Origin: an uncultured Pirellulales bacterium
GTDB lineage: Bacteria; Planctomycetota; Phycisphaerae; Sedimentisphaerales; Anaerobacaceae
Direction: 5' to 3'
Assembly (NCBI GenBank): GCA_964579055.1
Contig: CAZOFX010000003.1
Location: forward strand, 39,551 to 103,550
DNA: 64,000 nt
In this document: in pieces, positions 27,551 to 37,940 of the stretch
Layout: each line of letters starts with the position of its first letter
How positions within the stretch are numbered: position 1 is the first letter of the stretch
Translations under genes and position numbers: made by a program
The notes under the pieces: generated by a model
The model's input: the letters and a program-made list of their open reading frames with translations, nothing else
The model's database searches: none
Told to the model about the DNA's origin: nothing

Positions 27551-29026
27551 ATGGTCGGAAATCTCGGGGCCTTCGACATCGCGATCCTGGCGGCGTACTG
27601 CGTCGTGGTCGTCGGGATGGGCGTCTACTACACTCGCAAGTGCCGCACGGCGGAGGAGTTCATGGTGGCCGGGCGATCCATTCCCGCCTGGGCGGCCGGG
27701 CTGGCCATCATGAGCACGTACACCAGCAGCATCTCGTACATCGCCACGCCGGGCAAAGCGTACGACACCAATTGGCATCCGTTCATCTTCTCGCTGGCGA
27801 TCTTCCCGGTAGCCTGGCTGGCCTGCCGATACGCTGTGCCGTACTACCGGAAGATGAAGCTGTTGTCCGTCTACGAGTTCCTCGAAGAGCGGATCGGCGC
27901 CTGGGGCCGGGTCTATGCGGCGCTGTCCTTCCTGCTCTACATCGTGGGTCGAACCGCGGTGATCCTGTACCTCGTGAGTCTGCTGCTGAGCCAGTTCCTG
28001 GACTGGCCAATCGCGCTGATCATCGTCGTCATCGGTGTGGTCACGATTGTCTACACGCTCCTGGGGGGGATGGAAGCGGTGATCTGGACAGATGTCATGC
28101 AATCGATCATCATGATCGGCGGGCTGCTGTTCTGCGTCGTGAATCTGTCCTGGCGGATCCTCACAGGCCCCGAACCCCTCATCCAGGCGGCGGTGGACGC
28201 CCACAAGTTCAGCTTGGGCACGTGGGATCTGTCGCTCTCGTCGCGGACCATCTGGGTGATGATCATCTACGGCGTGACCGAGAACCTCCGTAATCTGCTG
28301 GCGGACCAGAACTTCGTCCAGAAGTACTCCTCCGTGGCGACGGAGCACGAGGCTCGGCGGTCCATCTGGATCGCGATGCTGATCTACATCCCGATGACCG
28401 TGGTCTTCCTGTACATCGGGACGGCCCTGTTCGCGTTCTACTCGACCGGCTCAGCCGGTGGGGCCGTCACCAAGGGCGACGAGGCCTTTCCCTACTTCAT
28501 CGCGACGCAGCTTCCTGTGGGACTCAAGGGCCTTATCCTCGCAGCGGTGCTGGCGGCTGCGATGAGCACCGTCGATTCGGCTCTCAACTGTTCCGCAACC
28601 GTCCTGCTCGTGGATTTCTACAAACGCTACATCAATCCGCAGGTGAGCGACCGGGCGAGCCTTCAGTGCCTGCGTGCCGTGACTATCATCTTGGGTCTTC
28701 TGGGTACGGGCCTGGCGATCCTACTGATCTACTCAGAGAAGAGCACATTGGATGTCTGGTGGCAGATTTCGGGCATTTTTGGTGGAATCATCCTGGCAAT
28801 GTTTGCCCTAGGCGTGCTGCGTGTCCGTCTTCAACCGTGGCAGAGTTTCGTCGTTGTCGTTGTCAACCTTGCGGTCATCGTCTGGGGGACCTTCGCGAGG
28901 AATCTCCCCGTTGGCTGGAAATGGGCTCAGCCTCCGTTTGATCCCATCCTCACCGGCGCCGTCGGCACCGCCGCCCTGATCGCCGTGGCCCTGGCCTTCC
29001 ACCTTTTGAACGCCCGTAAGAGTTGA
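27551..29026 (+). CDS. Sodium:solute symporter (SSS) family transporter
   Basis: FMVAGRSIPAWAAG, SVYEFLEERIG, LGGMEAVIWTDV, DQNFVQKY, AAAMSTVDS. Confidence 0.95.
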   Translation: MVGNLGAFDIAILAAYCVVVVGMGVYYTRKCRTAEEFMVAGRSIPAWAAGLAIMSTYTSSISYIATPGKAYDTNWHPFIFSLAIFPVAWLACRYAVPYYRKMKLLSVYEFLEERIGAWGRVYAALSFLLYIVGRTAVILYLVSLLLSQFLDWPIALIIVVIGVVTIVYTLLGGMEAVIWTDVMQSIIMIGGLLFCVVNLSWRILTGPEPLIQAAVDAHKFSLGTWDLSLSSRTIWVMIIYGVTENLRNLLADQNFVQKYSSVATEHEARRSIWIAMLIYIPMTVVFLYIGTALFAFYSTGSAGGAVTKGDEAFPYFIATQLPVGLKGLILAAVLAAAMSTVDSALNCSATVLLVDFYKRYINPQVSDRASLQCLRAVTIILGLLGTGLAILLIYSEKSTLDVWWQISGIFGGIILAMFALGVLRVRLQPWQSFVVVVVNLAVIVWGTFARNLPVGWKWAQPPFDPILTGAVGTAALIAVALAFHLLNARKS

Positions 29027-29030
29027 CCGG

Positions 29031-32000
29031 TCAGCGTCCGAGTAGTTGGTCGATACAGGCGTCGAGGTTGTCTTTTGTGGGAGAAATGACCACGCGGCCC
29101 TCACGGTCGATCAGATACAGGGCGGGCGTGGCCTTGGGCGCGTACGCGCTATAGGTTTGGCGCTCCTGGTCGAGGCAGAAGGCAAACGGCACATGGCCCT
29201 CTGTCACAAACTTCCGGAGGTCGTCGTCGGTGACCTCGCCGCCCCACGTGACATCCAGGGGCTGATGGACCGCGATGATTGTAAGCCCCCGGCCGGCGTA
29301 CTTGTCCGCCACCTTCTGCATCGCAGTCAGATCCTCCCCGTAGAGGGGCAGGAGCACGCCGATTTGCAGCAGGACCACCTTCCCGCGAAGCTCCTCCAGG
29401 GTCAGCGGCTTGCGGTTGTACCACTTCGCGATGGATAGTGGGGGCGCCTGCTTTCCAAGCAACTCCCAACCCTGCGGGAAGATCTGCATGTCGCCGTCGT
29501 CGCTGTCGGCGTAGACGTACTTGTGGCAGTGTCCGTACCCGTCGAGGTAGAGGCTGAAATTCAGCCTCACGCCCCTGGGCAGGCCGGTCAGCATGAAGTG
29601 ACCGCTCCGGTTGGTAGTGGCTTCGAAGTGGTCGGTGCCTGTATAGGCCGTGACCTTCACCGCAACGACGGGTTCGTTGTTCTCGTCGGTGATGGTCCCT
29701 TCGAGAATGCCCGTCCAGTCGGTCTTCTCGTCGATGCCGCCATAGCCACGCAGGACGATGTCCCCCACGTCACGGACCTGCCCCGGCAGCAGATCGTTGA
29801 CGTCTGCCCAGCCCTGCAATCCTTTACTCTCGGCACTGACCCGCATCGCAAGACCTGTCGGGACTCCCGCGACGACAAAGAGACCTTTCTTTTCCACGGT
29901 CACGGTCCACGGCACACGGGAGTAATAGACCGTGCCGCCGCCGGGCTTGCAGACGCCCAGCTTGGGCATGACGTTGGCTCGAACCTGGCCCGCCTCGTTC
30001 ACAATCCGTCCGGTGAGAGTCGCGCAAGGCTCCAGGACGATCACCAGCTCGCCGGTGTAGTCTGCTTTTCGGAATAGGAACATCTTCCCGATTCGTTGCG
30101 CGTTGTCGTACGCCCACAGCCCCTTGTATTCGAACGCGTCGCCAAAAGGCTCTTCGACAGTGAACCTGCCGTTCGGATCGGTCTTGTCCGGACGGTCGGA
30201 ACCGATCTGCACGAATCCTTCGACCGGGTTGCCGTTCGTGTCAACGAGCCGGCCGGTGACGTTCGCCCGGGCGGTCATGGCGATGATCACGGCCGCATCG
30301 GTCTGTTCCCTCGCGAGCGCGAGTTCTTCGGCGAACTCGCTGAACCGGCCGTTCTTCCACCCCTGGGCCACGATTCGATACCGGCCCGGCGGGATGGCCA
30401 GCGTGCAGCGGCCCGCCCGGTCCGTTCGCGCCTGGGCGACCGCACCCTCTGCGCCTTCGGCAAACTCCGCGCGGACCCAGACGTTCTCCAGTGGACCGCC
30501 CGTGGTCTCATCCACGACTTGCACCGCCACCGGCTGGTCGGCCGGAAGCACCTTCAACACAACCTGAGATGTGCCCGCAGCCAGATCGACCTGCACCTCG
30601 ACCGGGGCGCACAGAGGTTTGGACTCGTCCTTCATCGCGTTGAGATGATAGAGCCCGGGCGACAGTTCGCAAGACGTGAACGTCCCATCGTCTTCGGTTG
30701 CGAAGACCAGTTCGTGGACGCCGGGACCCTCGGCTATAATGACCGCTCGGTGCTCGTAGGGTGTGCCATCCTCGTAGACGATCCGACCGGCAATCGCGCT
30801 GCCCGGCTCCAACACGATCCGCAGACTCTCTCCGCCGACCTCGATGGAGAAGGCCTCGCCTGTTGAGTTGGGGGGTGTCGTGAAAAGCGCGTACCCAGGG
30901 GCGGAGACCCGCAAGCGCAGCGAGGCCGGCGCGGGCAGGCGGTCCAGGACGAATTCGCCCTGGTCGTTGGCGTACAGTGCCGTATCGGTCAGATCCCACA
31001 GCATCAGTTGGTCTGACTGGCCGTTGGCGGACAGACGCACGTCTGCCTCGATCCGAGCATTGGCGATCGGCTGGCCGAGCGTGTCGACCACGATTCCAGA
31101 CACGGCGCCGGGCGCGTACAGCGTCACCTGGATGTTCCCGTTGGTGTCCGAGCCGGCCAGAGTGTGCCAACCCAAGCCATAGTCGGCGTGGTCGAAGTAC
31201 AGAACCCGAAAGATTTCGCTGCCTTCCTTCGGGCGAGCCACGGTCAGGCGGAACGTGCCGTCCGCATCGGTCAGTGTCTCCTGCGCGAGAACGGAGTTCT
31301 GGAAAGTGTTACTTAGCACCTGTCCCCACACGTGGACGCCCGGCACGGCGTTGTCCGTTTCGTCGACGACTCTGCCGGCATACGTGATGAGCTCGCTGCC
31401 TGCCGCCGGCGCTGCCGGAGATTGTGGAGACGATCTCTCGCTCTGGCTGGACGGCGTCCCTTCGGGCAGGCGTTCGGAGACCGCATTGGGTTCGGCCCGC
31501 GCGGGCTCCGGCTCGGCGGCGGGTTTCTCCCGCTGGTGAATTGCGTCGATGGCCTTCTGGAAGGGATTCGTATCCGGTGCGCCTTTCCATTGGGCGGCCA
31601 GCGGCTCCAGAGTCGGCAGAGCAGAGGCGCCGCCGATCTGTTCGAGGTAGCCGGCGACCTTCACCTTGGTCCCATACCGCCCGGTCTCCATGAGCGTCAG
31701 CAGGCCGGACACATCGTTCTGACGGAAAAGTCCCTCTGCACGGGCCAGTTCGGCCTGTGCGGCATCGGCCACGATCGCGGTTCGATCGTACGGCGCTGTC
31801 TCCCGGCCGCTCAGGTGCCTGACCAGCATGAATACCGCAACCGCCAGCATGGCGGCCGCCGCCAGTCTTATCATTGGGTTTCTCATGAGTTCTCTCCCGA
31901 ATGCGATCGCGGCCGGCAGGGGGCCGGAGCGATGCGCCTTCCGCTGCGCTCGCTGTGTCAGGGTTTCCAGAGCGTGAGCATGTTGGTGTCGCCACGCGTT

Positions 32001-32090
32001 GAAATCCGCCACGAGCGGGTGGCCCGGGGTCGTCCGGGCGATGGCCTCATCCAGCCAGTTGGTCTCTTCAGGGCGCACCATGACCGTCAC
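29031..32090 (-). CDS. Large multidomain putative anti-sigma protein (TM, HEAT, carboxypeptidase-regulatory-like repeats, C-terminal thioredoxin-like fold)
   Basis: Start overlaps sigma stop; one TM near aa 75-95; repeated GxVVD..G.P...A.V / TD..G.F units; GKQAPPL...LRGKVVLL. Confidence 0.85.
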   Translation of the reverse strand: MTVMVRPEETNWLDEAIARTTPGHPLVADFNAWRHQHAHALETLTQRAQRKAHRSGPLPAAIAFGRELMRNPMIRLAAAAMLAVAVFMLVRHLSGRETAPYDRTAIVADAAQAELARAEGLFRQNDVSGLLTLMETGRYGTKVKVAGYLEQIGGASALPTLEPLAAQWKGAPDTNPFQKAIDAIHQREKPAAEPEPARAEPNAVSERLPEGTPSSQSERSSPQSPAAPAAGSELITYAGRVVDETDNAVPGVHVWGQVLSNTFQNSVLAQETLTDADGTFRLTVARPKEGSEIFRVLYFDHADYGLGWHTLAGSDTNGNIQVTLYAPGAVSGIVVDTLGQPIANARIEADVRLSANGQSDQLMLWDLTDTALYANDQGEFVLDRLPAPASLRLRVSAPGYALFTTPPNSTGEAFSIEVGGESLRIVLEPGSAIAGRIVYEDGTPYEHRAVIIAEGPGVHELVFATEDDGTFTSCELSPGLYHLNAMKDESKPLCAPVEVQVDLAAGTSQVVLKVLPADQPVAVQVVDETTGGPLENVWVRAEFAEGAEGAVAQARTDRAGRCTLAIPPGRYRIVAQGWKNGRFSEFAEELALAREQTDAAVIIAMTARANVTGRLVDTNGNPVEGFVQIGSDRPDKTDPNGRFTVEEPFGDAFEYKGLWAYDNAQRIGKMFLFRKADYTGELVIVLEPCATLTGRIVNEAGQVRANVMPKLGVCKPGGGTVYYSRVPWTVTVEKKGLFVVAGVPTGLAMRVSAESKGLQGWADVNDLLPGQVRDVGDIVLRGYGGIDEKTDWTGILEGTITDENNEPVVAVKVTAYTGTDHFEATTNRSGHFMLTGLPRGVRLNFSLYLDGYGHCHKYVYADSDDGDMQIFPQGWELLGKQAPPLSIAKWYNRKPLTLEELRGKVVLLQIGVLLPLYGEDLTAMQKVADKYAGRGLTIIAVHQPLDVTWGGEVTDDDLRKFVTEGHVPFAFCLDQERQTYSAYAPKATPALYLIDREGRVVISPTKDNLDACIDQLLGR

Positions 32091-32626
32091 CTCTCGGGAA
32101 ACCCGTTTCGTCTCAGCGTCTGTTCGATCTGTTTGCGGGCTCGAAAGAGCCTGCCTCGCACGGTATGGCCGGCGATGCCCAGTGTCGCGGCGATCTGCTG
32201 GTAGTCCATCCGCTGGTAGTAGTGCAACACGACGATCTCGCGATACATCGGGGCCAGTCGGTCGACCGCCGCCTTGACCAGACCCAGGTCCGGGTCTTGC
32301 GGCGCGGGGGCGGCCTCGTCGTCAACGTCGGTCTGCATCGCGGATTGCCCCCGCTTGCGATCGCGGATGAGCTGGTGGGCCTCGTTCCGGCAGATTTGCG
32401 CCAGCCAGGGAACGAACCGGTCCGCACGCTTCAGGTCGGCCAGCTTCTCGCAGGCCTTGACGAAGGCCTGCTGCGCCGCGTCTTCGGCCAGCGTCCGGTC
32501 CAAGAGGATCGAATAAGCCAGCCAGACCATCGCCGCATAGTGCCGCGCGTACAGCGTTCCGAAGGACTCCGCGTCACCCCGGCGGGCTGCCTCCACGATT
32601 TCGTATTCCGCGTCCCGTTGCACCAC
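32087..32626 (-). CDS. ECF-type RNA polymerase sigma factor
   Basis: GDAESFGTLYARH, AEDAAQQAF, FVPWL, YREIVVLHY...YQQIA..LG...TVRGRLFRAR. Confidence 0.95.
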   Translation of the reverse strand: MVQRDAEYEIVEAARRGDAESFGTLYARHYAAMVWLAYSILLDRTLAEDAAQQAFVKACEKLADLKRADRFVPWLAQICRNEAHQLIRDRKRGQSAMQTDVDDEAAPAPQDPDLGLVKAAVDRLAPMYREIVVLHYYQRMDYQQIAATLGIAGHTVRGRLFRARKQIEQTLRRNGFPER

Positions 32627-32915
32627 TCGATCACCTGTAGATGCATCTGCTCGTCGACAACATCATACAGATGAGACAACGCCTGCAGAAGTGCGCGAAA
32701 AAACCGCGGGAACCCGAGAATACCCTGCTGGCTATGGTCGCACGACGATATCTTGGGCGTTCTGCCCTTCGCACCTTTGGATCGGTCTTCCCCGGAACCA
32801 TCAGGACGACCGCCACGATAGTCGTCCCCTCAGTCTGCGACTCCCGAAATCCTGGCAGGATGCTGCCGATTTGGCCCGTTCTCGGTGACATGCGTGCAAG
32901 AGACGTGCTGTAGAC

Positions 32916-32944
32916 TTGACGGACAGACATGCGAACCGTATGCT
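32916..32944 (+). promoter_or_regulatory. Sigma70 promoter of hen1-pnkp
   Basis: TTGACG-N17-TATGCT, about 66 nt before the ATG. Confidence 0.7.
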
Positions 32945-33010
32945 GACCACAATGTGGGACTACCGTCCGTGCGGAGTTGCCGCTGAAAGAGACACGAAGG
33001 ATTTCGTGAG

Positions 33011-34411
33011 ATGCTGCTGACCATCAGCACGACGTACCGGCCGGCGACACACCTCGGGTATCTGCTGCACAAGAACCCGGCTCGCTGCCAGTCCGCGCAG
33101 CTCAGTTTTGGTTGGGCGCACGTGTTCTATCCCGTGGCCACCGAGACGATGTGCACGGTGGCCCTCCTTCTGGATGTTGATCCGATCGACATGGTGCGCG
33201 GTAAAGGCCGGAAGACGAAGAGCACGCCGCTGGAACAGTATGTTAGCGACCGGCCTTACGTGGCTTCGTCCTTCCTCAGCGTGGCGCTGGCGCAGGTGTT
33301 CGGATCGGCACTGAAGGGACAGTGCATGGAGATGCCTGCGCTGGCGGAGACATCGCTGCCGCTCGATGTGAAGATCGCCGTACTGCCTTCGCGGGGCGGC
33401 GAGCCGATCCTGCGTCGTCTTTTTGAGCCGCTGGGCTACGAACTGTCTGCCAGACGGCACTGTCTTGACGAGGTTTTTCCTCAGTGGGGTGATAGTCCCT
33501 ATTACACCGTTGTGTTGAGAAAAGAGACCCGCCTGTCGGAGTTGTTGACGCATCTCTATGTCCTCGTTCCTGTTCTGGACAATCAGAAGCATTACTTCAT
33601 CGGAAGGGACGAAGTCGAGAAGCTCCTGCGAAAAGGCAAAGGCTGGCTGAGAGATCATCCGGAGAGGGACATGATTGCCAGGCGATATCTGAAGCACAGG
33701 TCCAGCCTGGCTCAGGAAGCTCTTGTTCGACTGGCTGAAGAGGAACTTGTGCCCACCGAGGACCCGGCTCCGGCCCAGGTGGATTTCGAAGAGACCATCG
33801 AGAAGCAGTTCAACCTCAATGAGGATCGTCTGGGCAGCGTTCTGGCCATCCTGAAGTCGTCCTCCGGATTCCGGCGCGTCATTGACCTGGGGTGCGGCGA
33901 AGGCAGGCTGCTGCGGCTGTTGCTGAAAGAAAAGCAATTCGAGAGGATCACCGGCGTGGATGTGTCCATCCGCTCGCTCGAAATCGCTGCCCGCCGGCTT
34001 CATCTCGACACCCTTGCTCCTGCACGGCGTGACCGAATCAGACTCGTCCACGGCTCACTGATGTATCGTGACAAGCGATTCGAGGGCTACGATGCCGCAA
34101 CCGTCATCGAGGTGGTCGAACATCTTGACCCGCCAAGACTGGCGGCTTTCGAACGTGTGGTGTTCGAGTTTGCCCGACCGCCGATGGTGGTCGTTACGAC
34201 GCCGAACCGCGAGTACAACGTCGTCTGGGAGAACCTGCGCGATGGTCGCCTTCGGCACGCCGACCATCGTTTCGAGTGGACGCGAAGCGAGTTCGCCGCC
34301 TGGACTGCTTCCGTAGCGGAACGCTTTGGCTATGTCGTTCGGCATCTGCCGGTCGGGCCCGAGCGAGCCGATATAGGAAGCCCTACGCAGATGGCGGTCT
34401 TCTCCAAGTGA
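33011..34411 (+). CDS. hen1: 3'-terminal RNA ribose 2'-O-methyltransferase Hen1
   Basis: MLLTISTT...LGYLLHKNP; DRPYVASSFLS; VIDLGCGEG; EVVEHL; TTPNREYN; RHADHRFEWTR. Confidence 0.96.
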   Translation: MLLTISTTYRPATHLGYLLHKNPARCQSAQLSFGWAHVFYPVATETMCTVALLLDVDPIDMVRGKGRKTKSTPLEQYVSDRPYVASSFLSVALAQVFGSALKGQCMEMPALAETSLPLDVKIAVLPSRGGEPILRRLFEPLGYELSARRHCLDEVFPQWGDSPYYTVVLRKETRLSELLTHLYVLVPVLDNQKHYFIGRDEVEKLLRKGKGWLRDHPERDMIARRYLKHRSSLAQEALVRLAEEELVPTEDPAPAQVDFEETIEKQFNLNEDRLGSVLAILKSSSGFRRVIDLGCGEGRLLRLLLKEKQFERITGVDVSIRSLEIAARRLHLDTLAPARRDRIRLVHGSLMYRDKRFEGYDAATVIEVVEHLDPPRLAAFERVVFEFARPPMVVVTTPNREYNVVWENLRDGRLRHADHRFEWTRSEFAAWTASVAERFGYVVRHLPVGPERADIGSPTQMAVFSK

Positions 34412-34439
34412 TTGGCGTGGTCCGTGAGGCAATGACACG

Positions 34440-37076
34440 ATGCAGATCAAGATACCCAAGCTGAGTATGGTCGTTTTGATCGGGCCGTCGGGATCGGGCA
34501 AGAGTACGTTTGCCAGGAATCACTTCCTGGCGACGGAGATCCTCTCGTCGGACTCCTGTCGGGCGCTGGTCAGTGACGACGAGAACGACCAGTCGGTGAC
34601 CGATGCCGCATTTGAGATCATGCATTTCATCCTGGCCAGGAGACTCGCTGCAGGAAGACTGACAGTGATCGATGCGACGAACGTGCAGAGCGAGGCGCGA
34701 AAACCACTGGTCCAGGTCGCCAGGGACTTTCATTGCCTGCCGGTCGCGATCGTTTTCGACCTGCCCGAAGACGTCTGCCAGGCGCGAAACGCCAAACGGC
34801 CTGACAGGAATTTCGGAAAGCATGTCATCCGGCAGCACCGTCAGCAATTGCGACGTTCGCTCCGAGGTCTCAAGCATGAGGGGTTTCGCCACATCTTCCG
34901 GTTTGAGTCGGCTGAGCAGGTCAGCGCTGCTGTGATCGAGCGTGTGCCGCTGTGGAACGACAAGACCGATGAACATGGACCGTTCGATATCATCGGCGAT
35001 GTCCACGGATGCTGCGATGAATTGCAGGAACTGCTGGCGAAGCTGGGGTATGTCACGATGGGGCAGTCGGAGGACGGAGGGCTGACCGGGCCTGTCTACG
35101 CGCACCCGGAGGGGCGCAAGGCCGTCTTTCTCGGCGATATTGTCGACCGCGGCCCGCGAATTCTGAATAGCCTCAGGCTCGTCTACAACATGGTCCGGGC
35201 GGGTCACGCACTGTGCGTGCCGGGCAACCATGAGATGAAACTGATCCGCAAGCTGCGCGGCCGGGATGTCCAGGTTACGCACGGTCTCGCGGAGACGCTC
35301 GACGAAATCGAGAACGTGCCGCAGGTTCAGAGGCCTCCGCTCGAGAAAGAGATATCGGCGTTTCTGGATGGTCTGGTAAGCCACTACGTCCTGGACGGGG
35401 GGCGGCTCGTGGTGGCCCACGCCGGAATTCGTCAAGACATGCAGGGACGCGGCTCAGGGCAGGTACGGGAATTCTGCCTGTATGGAGAGACGACCGGCGA
35501 AACAGATGAGTTCGGGCTGCCGGTGAGATGCAACTGGGCAGCCGAGTATCGCGGGCCGGCCATGGTCGTTTACGGCCATACCCCCAATGCGGAGCCGGAG
35601 TGGTTGAACAGAACCGTCAACATCGATACGGGCTGCGTCTTCGGGGGCAAGCTCACGGCGCTGCGCTATCCCGAAAAGGAGTTCGTCTCCGTGGCGGCCA
35701 GGGCCGTCTACTGCCGACCGGCTCGTCCCATGGACACGAAGCCCGAAGACGAATCGTCCTTGACCGCCCAGCAAAAGTACGACGACGTTTTGGATGCGGA
35801 CGACGTCATCGGCAAACGGTTCATCTCGACGCGTTTGCGCGCGAACGTTACGGTTCGCGAGGAGAATGCGATTGCGGCTTTGGAGGTGATGAGCCGATTC
35901 GCCGTCAATCCAAAGTGGCTGATCTATCTTCCGCCGACCATGTCGCCTTGCGAGACCGCCAACGAAGACGGGTTCCTGGAGTACCCAACGGAGGCCTTTG
36001 CCCATTTCCGGTCTGTTGGAATCCCGCGGGTCATCTGCGAACAGAAGCACATGGGCTCGCGCGCCGTTGTGATCGTGTGTAAAGATGAGAGTGTGGCGAC
36101 ACGGCGTTTCGGTGTGACGGAACGGGGGTTGGGCGTGGTCTATACGCGGACAGGACGTCGCTTCTTCGATCGGTCGGATGTGGAAGGAGCCTTTCTTGAA
36201 CGAATTCGTTCTGTCATGGAGAGGAGCAGCCTCTGGAAGGAGCTGCGCACCGATTGGGTGTGCCTGGACTGTGAGTTGATGCCGTGGTCGGCCAAGGCCC
36301 AGGATTTGCTGAAGTCTCAGTATGCCTCAACCGGCACAGCGGCTCTTGCATCATTGGGTGAGGCGATAGGTGTCATAGAGGCGGCGGTCCAGCGAAGCGA
36401 GCTGACTGCTGAGGGTACATCGCCGCCGTCGCATGGTTCCCTGGTAGAGACGGATCTTGACGGGCTACTCGCTAAGTTCCGCCAGCGCAAGAAACTCAAC
36501 GGGCTGTACGTCGATGCGTATCGCCGGTACTGCTGGCCGGTGACATCGCTTGACGACCTCAAGTTGGCGCCCTTCCACGTTCTGGCGACGGAAGGAGCGG
36601 TTCACAGCGACAAGGATCATCGGTGGCATATGGAGACGGCGGCACGAATCTGCGCGGAGGACACCTTGTTGCTGCTCGCTACACCCCACCGGTTTGTTGA
36701 CCTTACAGACGCCGACAGCGAGCGAGACGCCACCCGGTGGTGGTGCGAACTGACGGATGGAGGTGGAGAGGGCATGGTCGTCAAGCCGCTCGATTTCGTG
36801 GCCCAAGGCAAGCGTGGCCTGGTCCAGCCGGCCTTGAAGTGTCGTGGACGGGAGTACCTGAGGATCATCTACGGCCCGGAATATACGACCCAAGAGAATC
36901 TCATCCGTCTGCGTTCCCGAGGGCTGAGCGCCAAGCGGTCTCTGGCCCTGCGGGAATTCGCACTCGGGATCGAAGGCCTGGAGCGGTTCGTGAGTGGTGA
37001 GCCGCTCCGGAGGGTGCACGAATGCGCCTTTGGAGTCCTGGCGATGGAAAGTGAACCCGTGGATCCGAGGCTGTAG
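34440..37076 (+). CDS. pnkp: Polynucleotide kinase-phosphatase-ligase Pnkp
   Basis: P-loop GPSGSGKS; metallophosphoesterase DVHG, GDIVDRG, GNHE; ligase EQKHMGSR, EGMVVKP, KCRGREYLR. Confidence 0.96.
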   Translation: MQIKIPKLSMVVLIGPSGSGKSTFARNHFLATEILSSDSCRALVSDDENDQSVTDAAFEIMHFILARRLAAGRLTVIDATNVQSEARKPLVQVARDFHCLPVAIVFDLPEDVCQARNAKRPDRNFGKHVIRQHRQQLRRSLRGLKHEGFRHIFRFESAEQVSAAVIERVPLWNDKTDEHGPFDIIGDVHGCCDELQELLAKLGYVTMGQSEDGGLTGPVYAHPEGRKAVFLGDIVDRGPRILNSLRLVYNMVRAGHALCVPGNHEMKLIRKLRGRDVQVTHGLAETLDEIENVPQVQRPPLEKEISAFLDGLVSHYVLDGGRLVVAHAGIRQDMQGRGSGQVREFCLYGETTGETDEFGLPVRCNWAAEYRGPAMVVYGHTPNAEPEWLNRTVNIDTGCVFGGKLTALRYPEKEFVSVAARAVYCRPARPMDTKPEDESSLTAQQKYDDVLDADDVIGKRFISTRLRANVTVREENAIAALEVMSRFAVNPKWLIYLPPTMSPCETANEDGFLEYPTEAFAHFRSVGIPRVICEQKHMGSRAVVIVCKDESVATRRFGVTERGLGVVYTRTGRRFFDRSDVEGAFLERIRSVMERSSLWKELRTDWVCLDCELMPWSAKAQDLLKSQYASTGTAALASLGEAIGVIEAAVQRSELTAEGTSPPSHGSLVETDLDGLLAKFRQRKKLNGLYVDAYRRYCWPVTSLDDLKLAPFHVLATEGAVHSDKDHRWHMETAARICAEDTLLLLATPHRFVDLTDADSERDATRWWCELTDGGGEGMVVKPLDFVAQGKRGLVQPALKCRGREYLRIIYGPEYTTQENLIRLRSRGLSAKRSLALREFALGIEGLERFVSGEPLRRVHECAFGVLAMESEPVDPRL

Positions 37077-37167
37077 GAGTCTGTCAAGGTCACGTGCGGC
37101 GTGCGAATCCGCCTGGTTCAATGTGGCGTCAGGCGTGGCAGGGGGGAGGTTCCTGTGGAGATGGGGG

Positions 37168-37725
37168 TCAGACGATGCGGCCGGACTTGAGGACCGCCCA
37201 GGTTCTCTGGGGCGGTTTGGCGGCGGCGTCTCGCGTGCTGGTGTTCGGGAAGACATCGACCTGAGAAATGGTGTACTCCGGATCGCCCGCACAAGCCCGC
37301 TTATACGCTTCGTACAGGTAGCCCAGATAGACCGAGTCCTCCTCGGCCCGGGCGATCTGACAGTCCAGCGGATGGTCCGTATCGGCCCTCAGCTCGTCGA
37401 GCGCCCGCTTCTTAGCCGCCTCGATTTCCGCGCCGGTCGGATGCTCCAGGCTCACGCCGAGCCGGGCCACGTGCGCCGAGAGTCCCTCCATGTACTTGGC
37501 CCGCAGGTGAACGCGGATCGCCGAGCGTCCGACGTTGGCGACCTCGTCCCACTGCATCGCGCTGAGGTAGTCCTTGCACTGAAAGAACAAACGCGTCACG
37601 GCGACGTCGGGCAGCGACTGCCGGATCACTTCCTCGGCGGAAACCCCGAACGTCCCCGCCAACGCCGACAGGTCCTTGAACCATTCTTCATCGATACGCA
37701 GCGTGATCGACTTGCTTTTCGGCAT
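37168..37725 (-). CDS. Hypothetical protein with N-terminal ribbon-helix-helix-like segment
   Basis: MPKSKSITLRIDEEWFKDLSALA...VSAEEVIRQSL; aaggag RBS. Confidence 0.7.
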   Translation of the reverse strand: MPKSKSITLRIDEEWFKDLSALAGTFGVSAEEVIRQSLPDVAVTRLFFQCKDYLSAMQWDEVANVGRSAIRVHLRAKYMEGLSAHVARLGVSLEHPTGAEIEAAKKRALDELRADTDHPLDCQIARAEEDSVYLGYLYEAYKRACAGDPEYTISQVDVFPNTSTRDAAAKPPQRTWAVLKSGRIV

Positions 37726-37940
37726 AGTCCACTCCTTGAACCGGTCTTTGTAGGGATTCTATCGTCTCGACGCAGCCCAATCAACAGAAATTGGGGACAA
37801 AGACGGTCGCGGACTGTAGACTTCATTCTCCGGGCTCCGGTTGAAGGCGGCCCCATTTGGCGTTAGAATTGGCGCGGTTCGTAATGCATGGGCCTCGGGC
37901 TCGTCCTCAGCATCCTCAATTATGATGAAAGGTGATTCTC

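Noticed and set aside
33011-37076. Hen1-Pnkp as a previously undescribed system
   Set aside because: Established, characterised RNA repair system; reported as known
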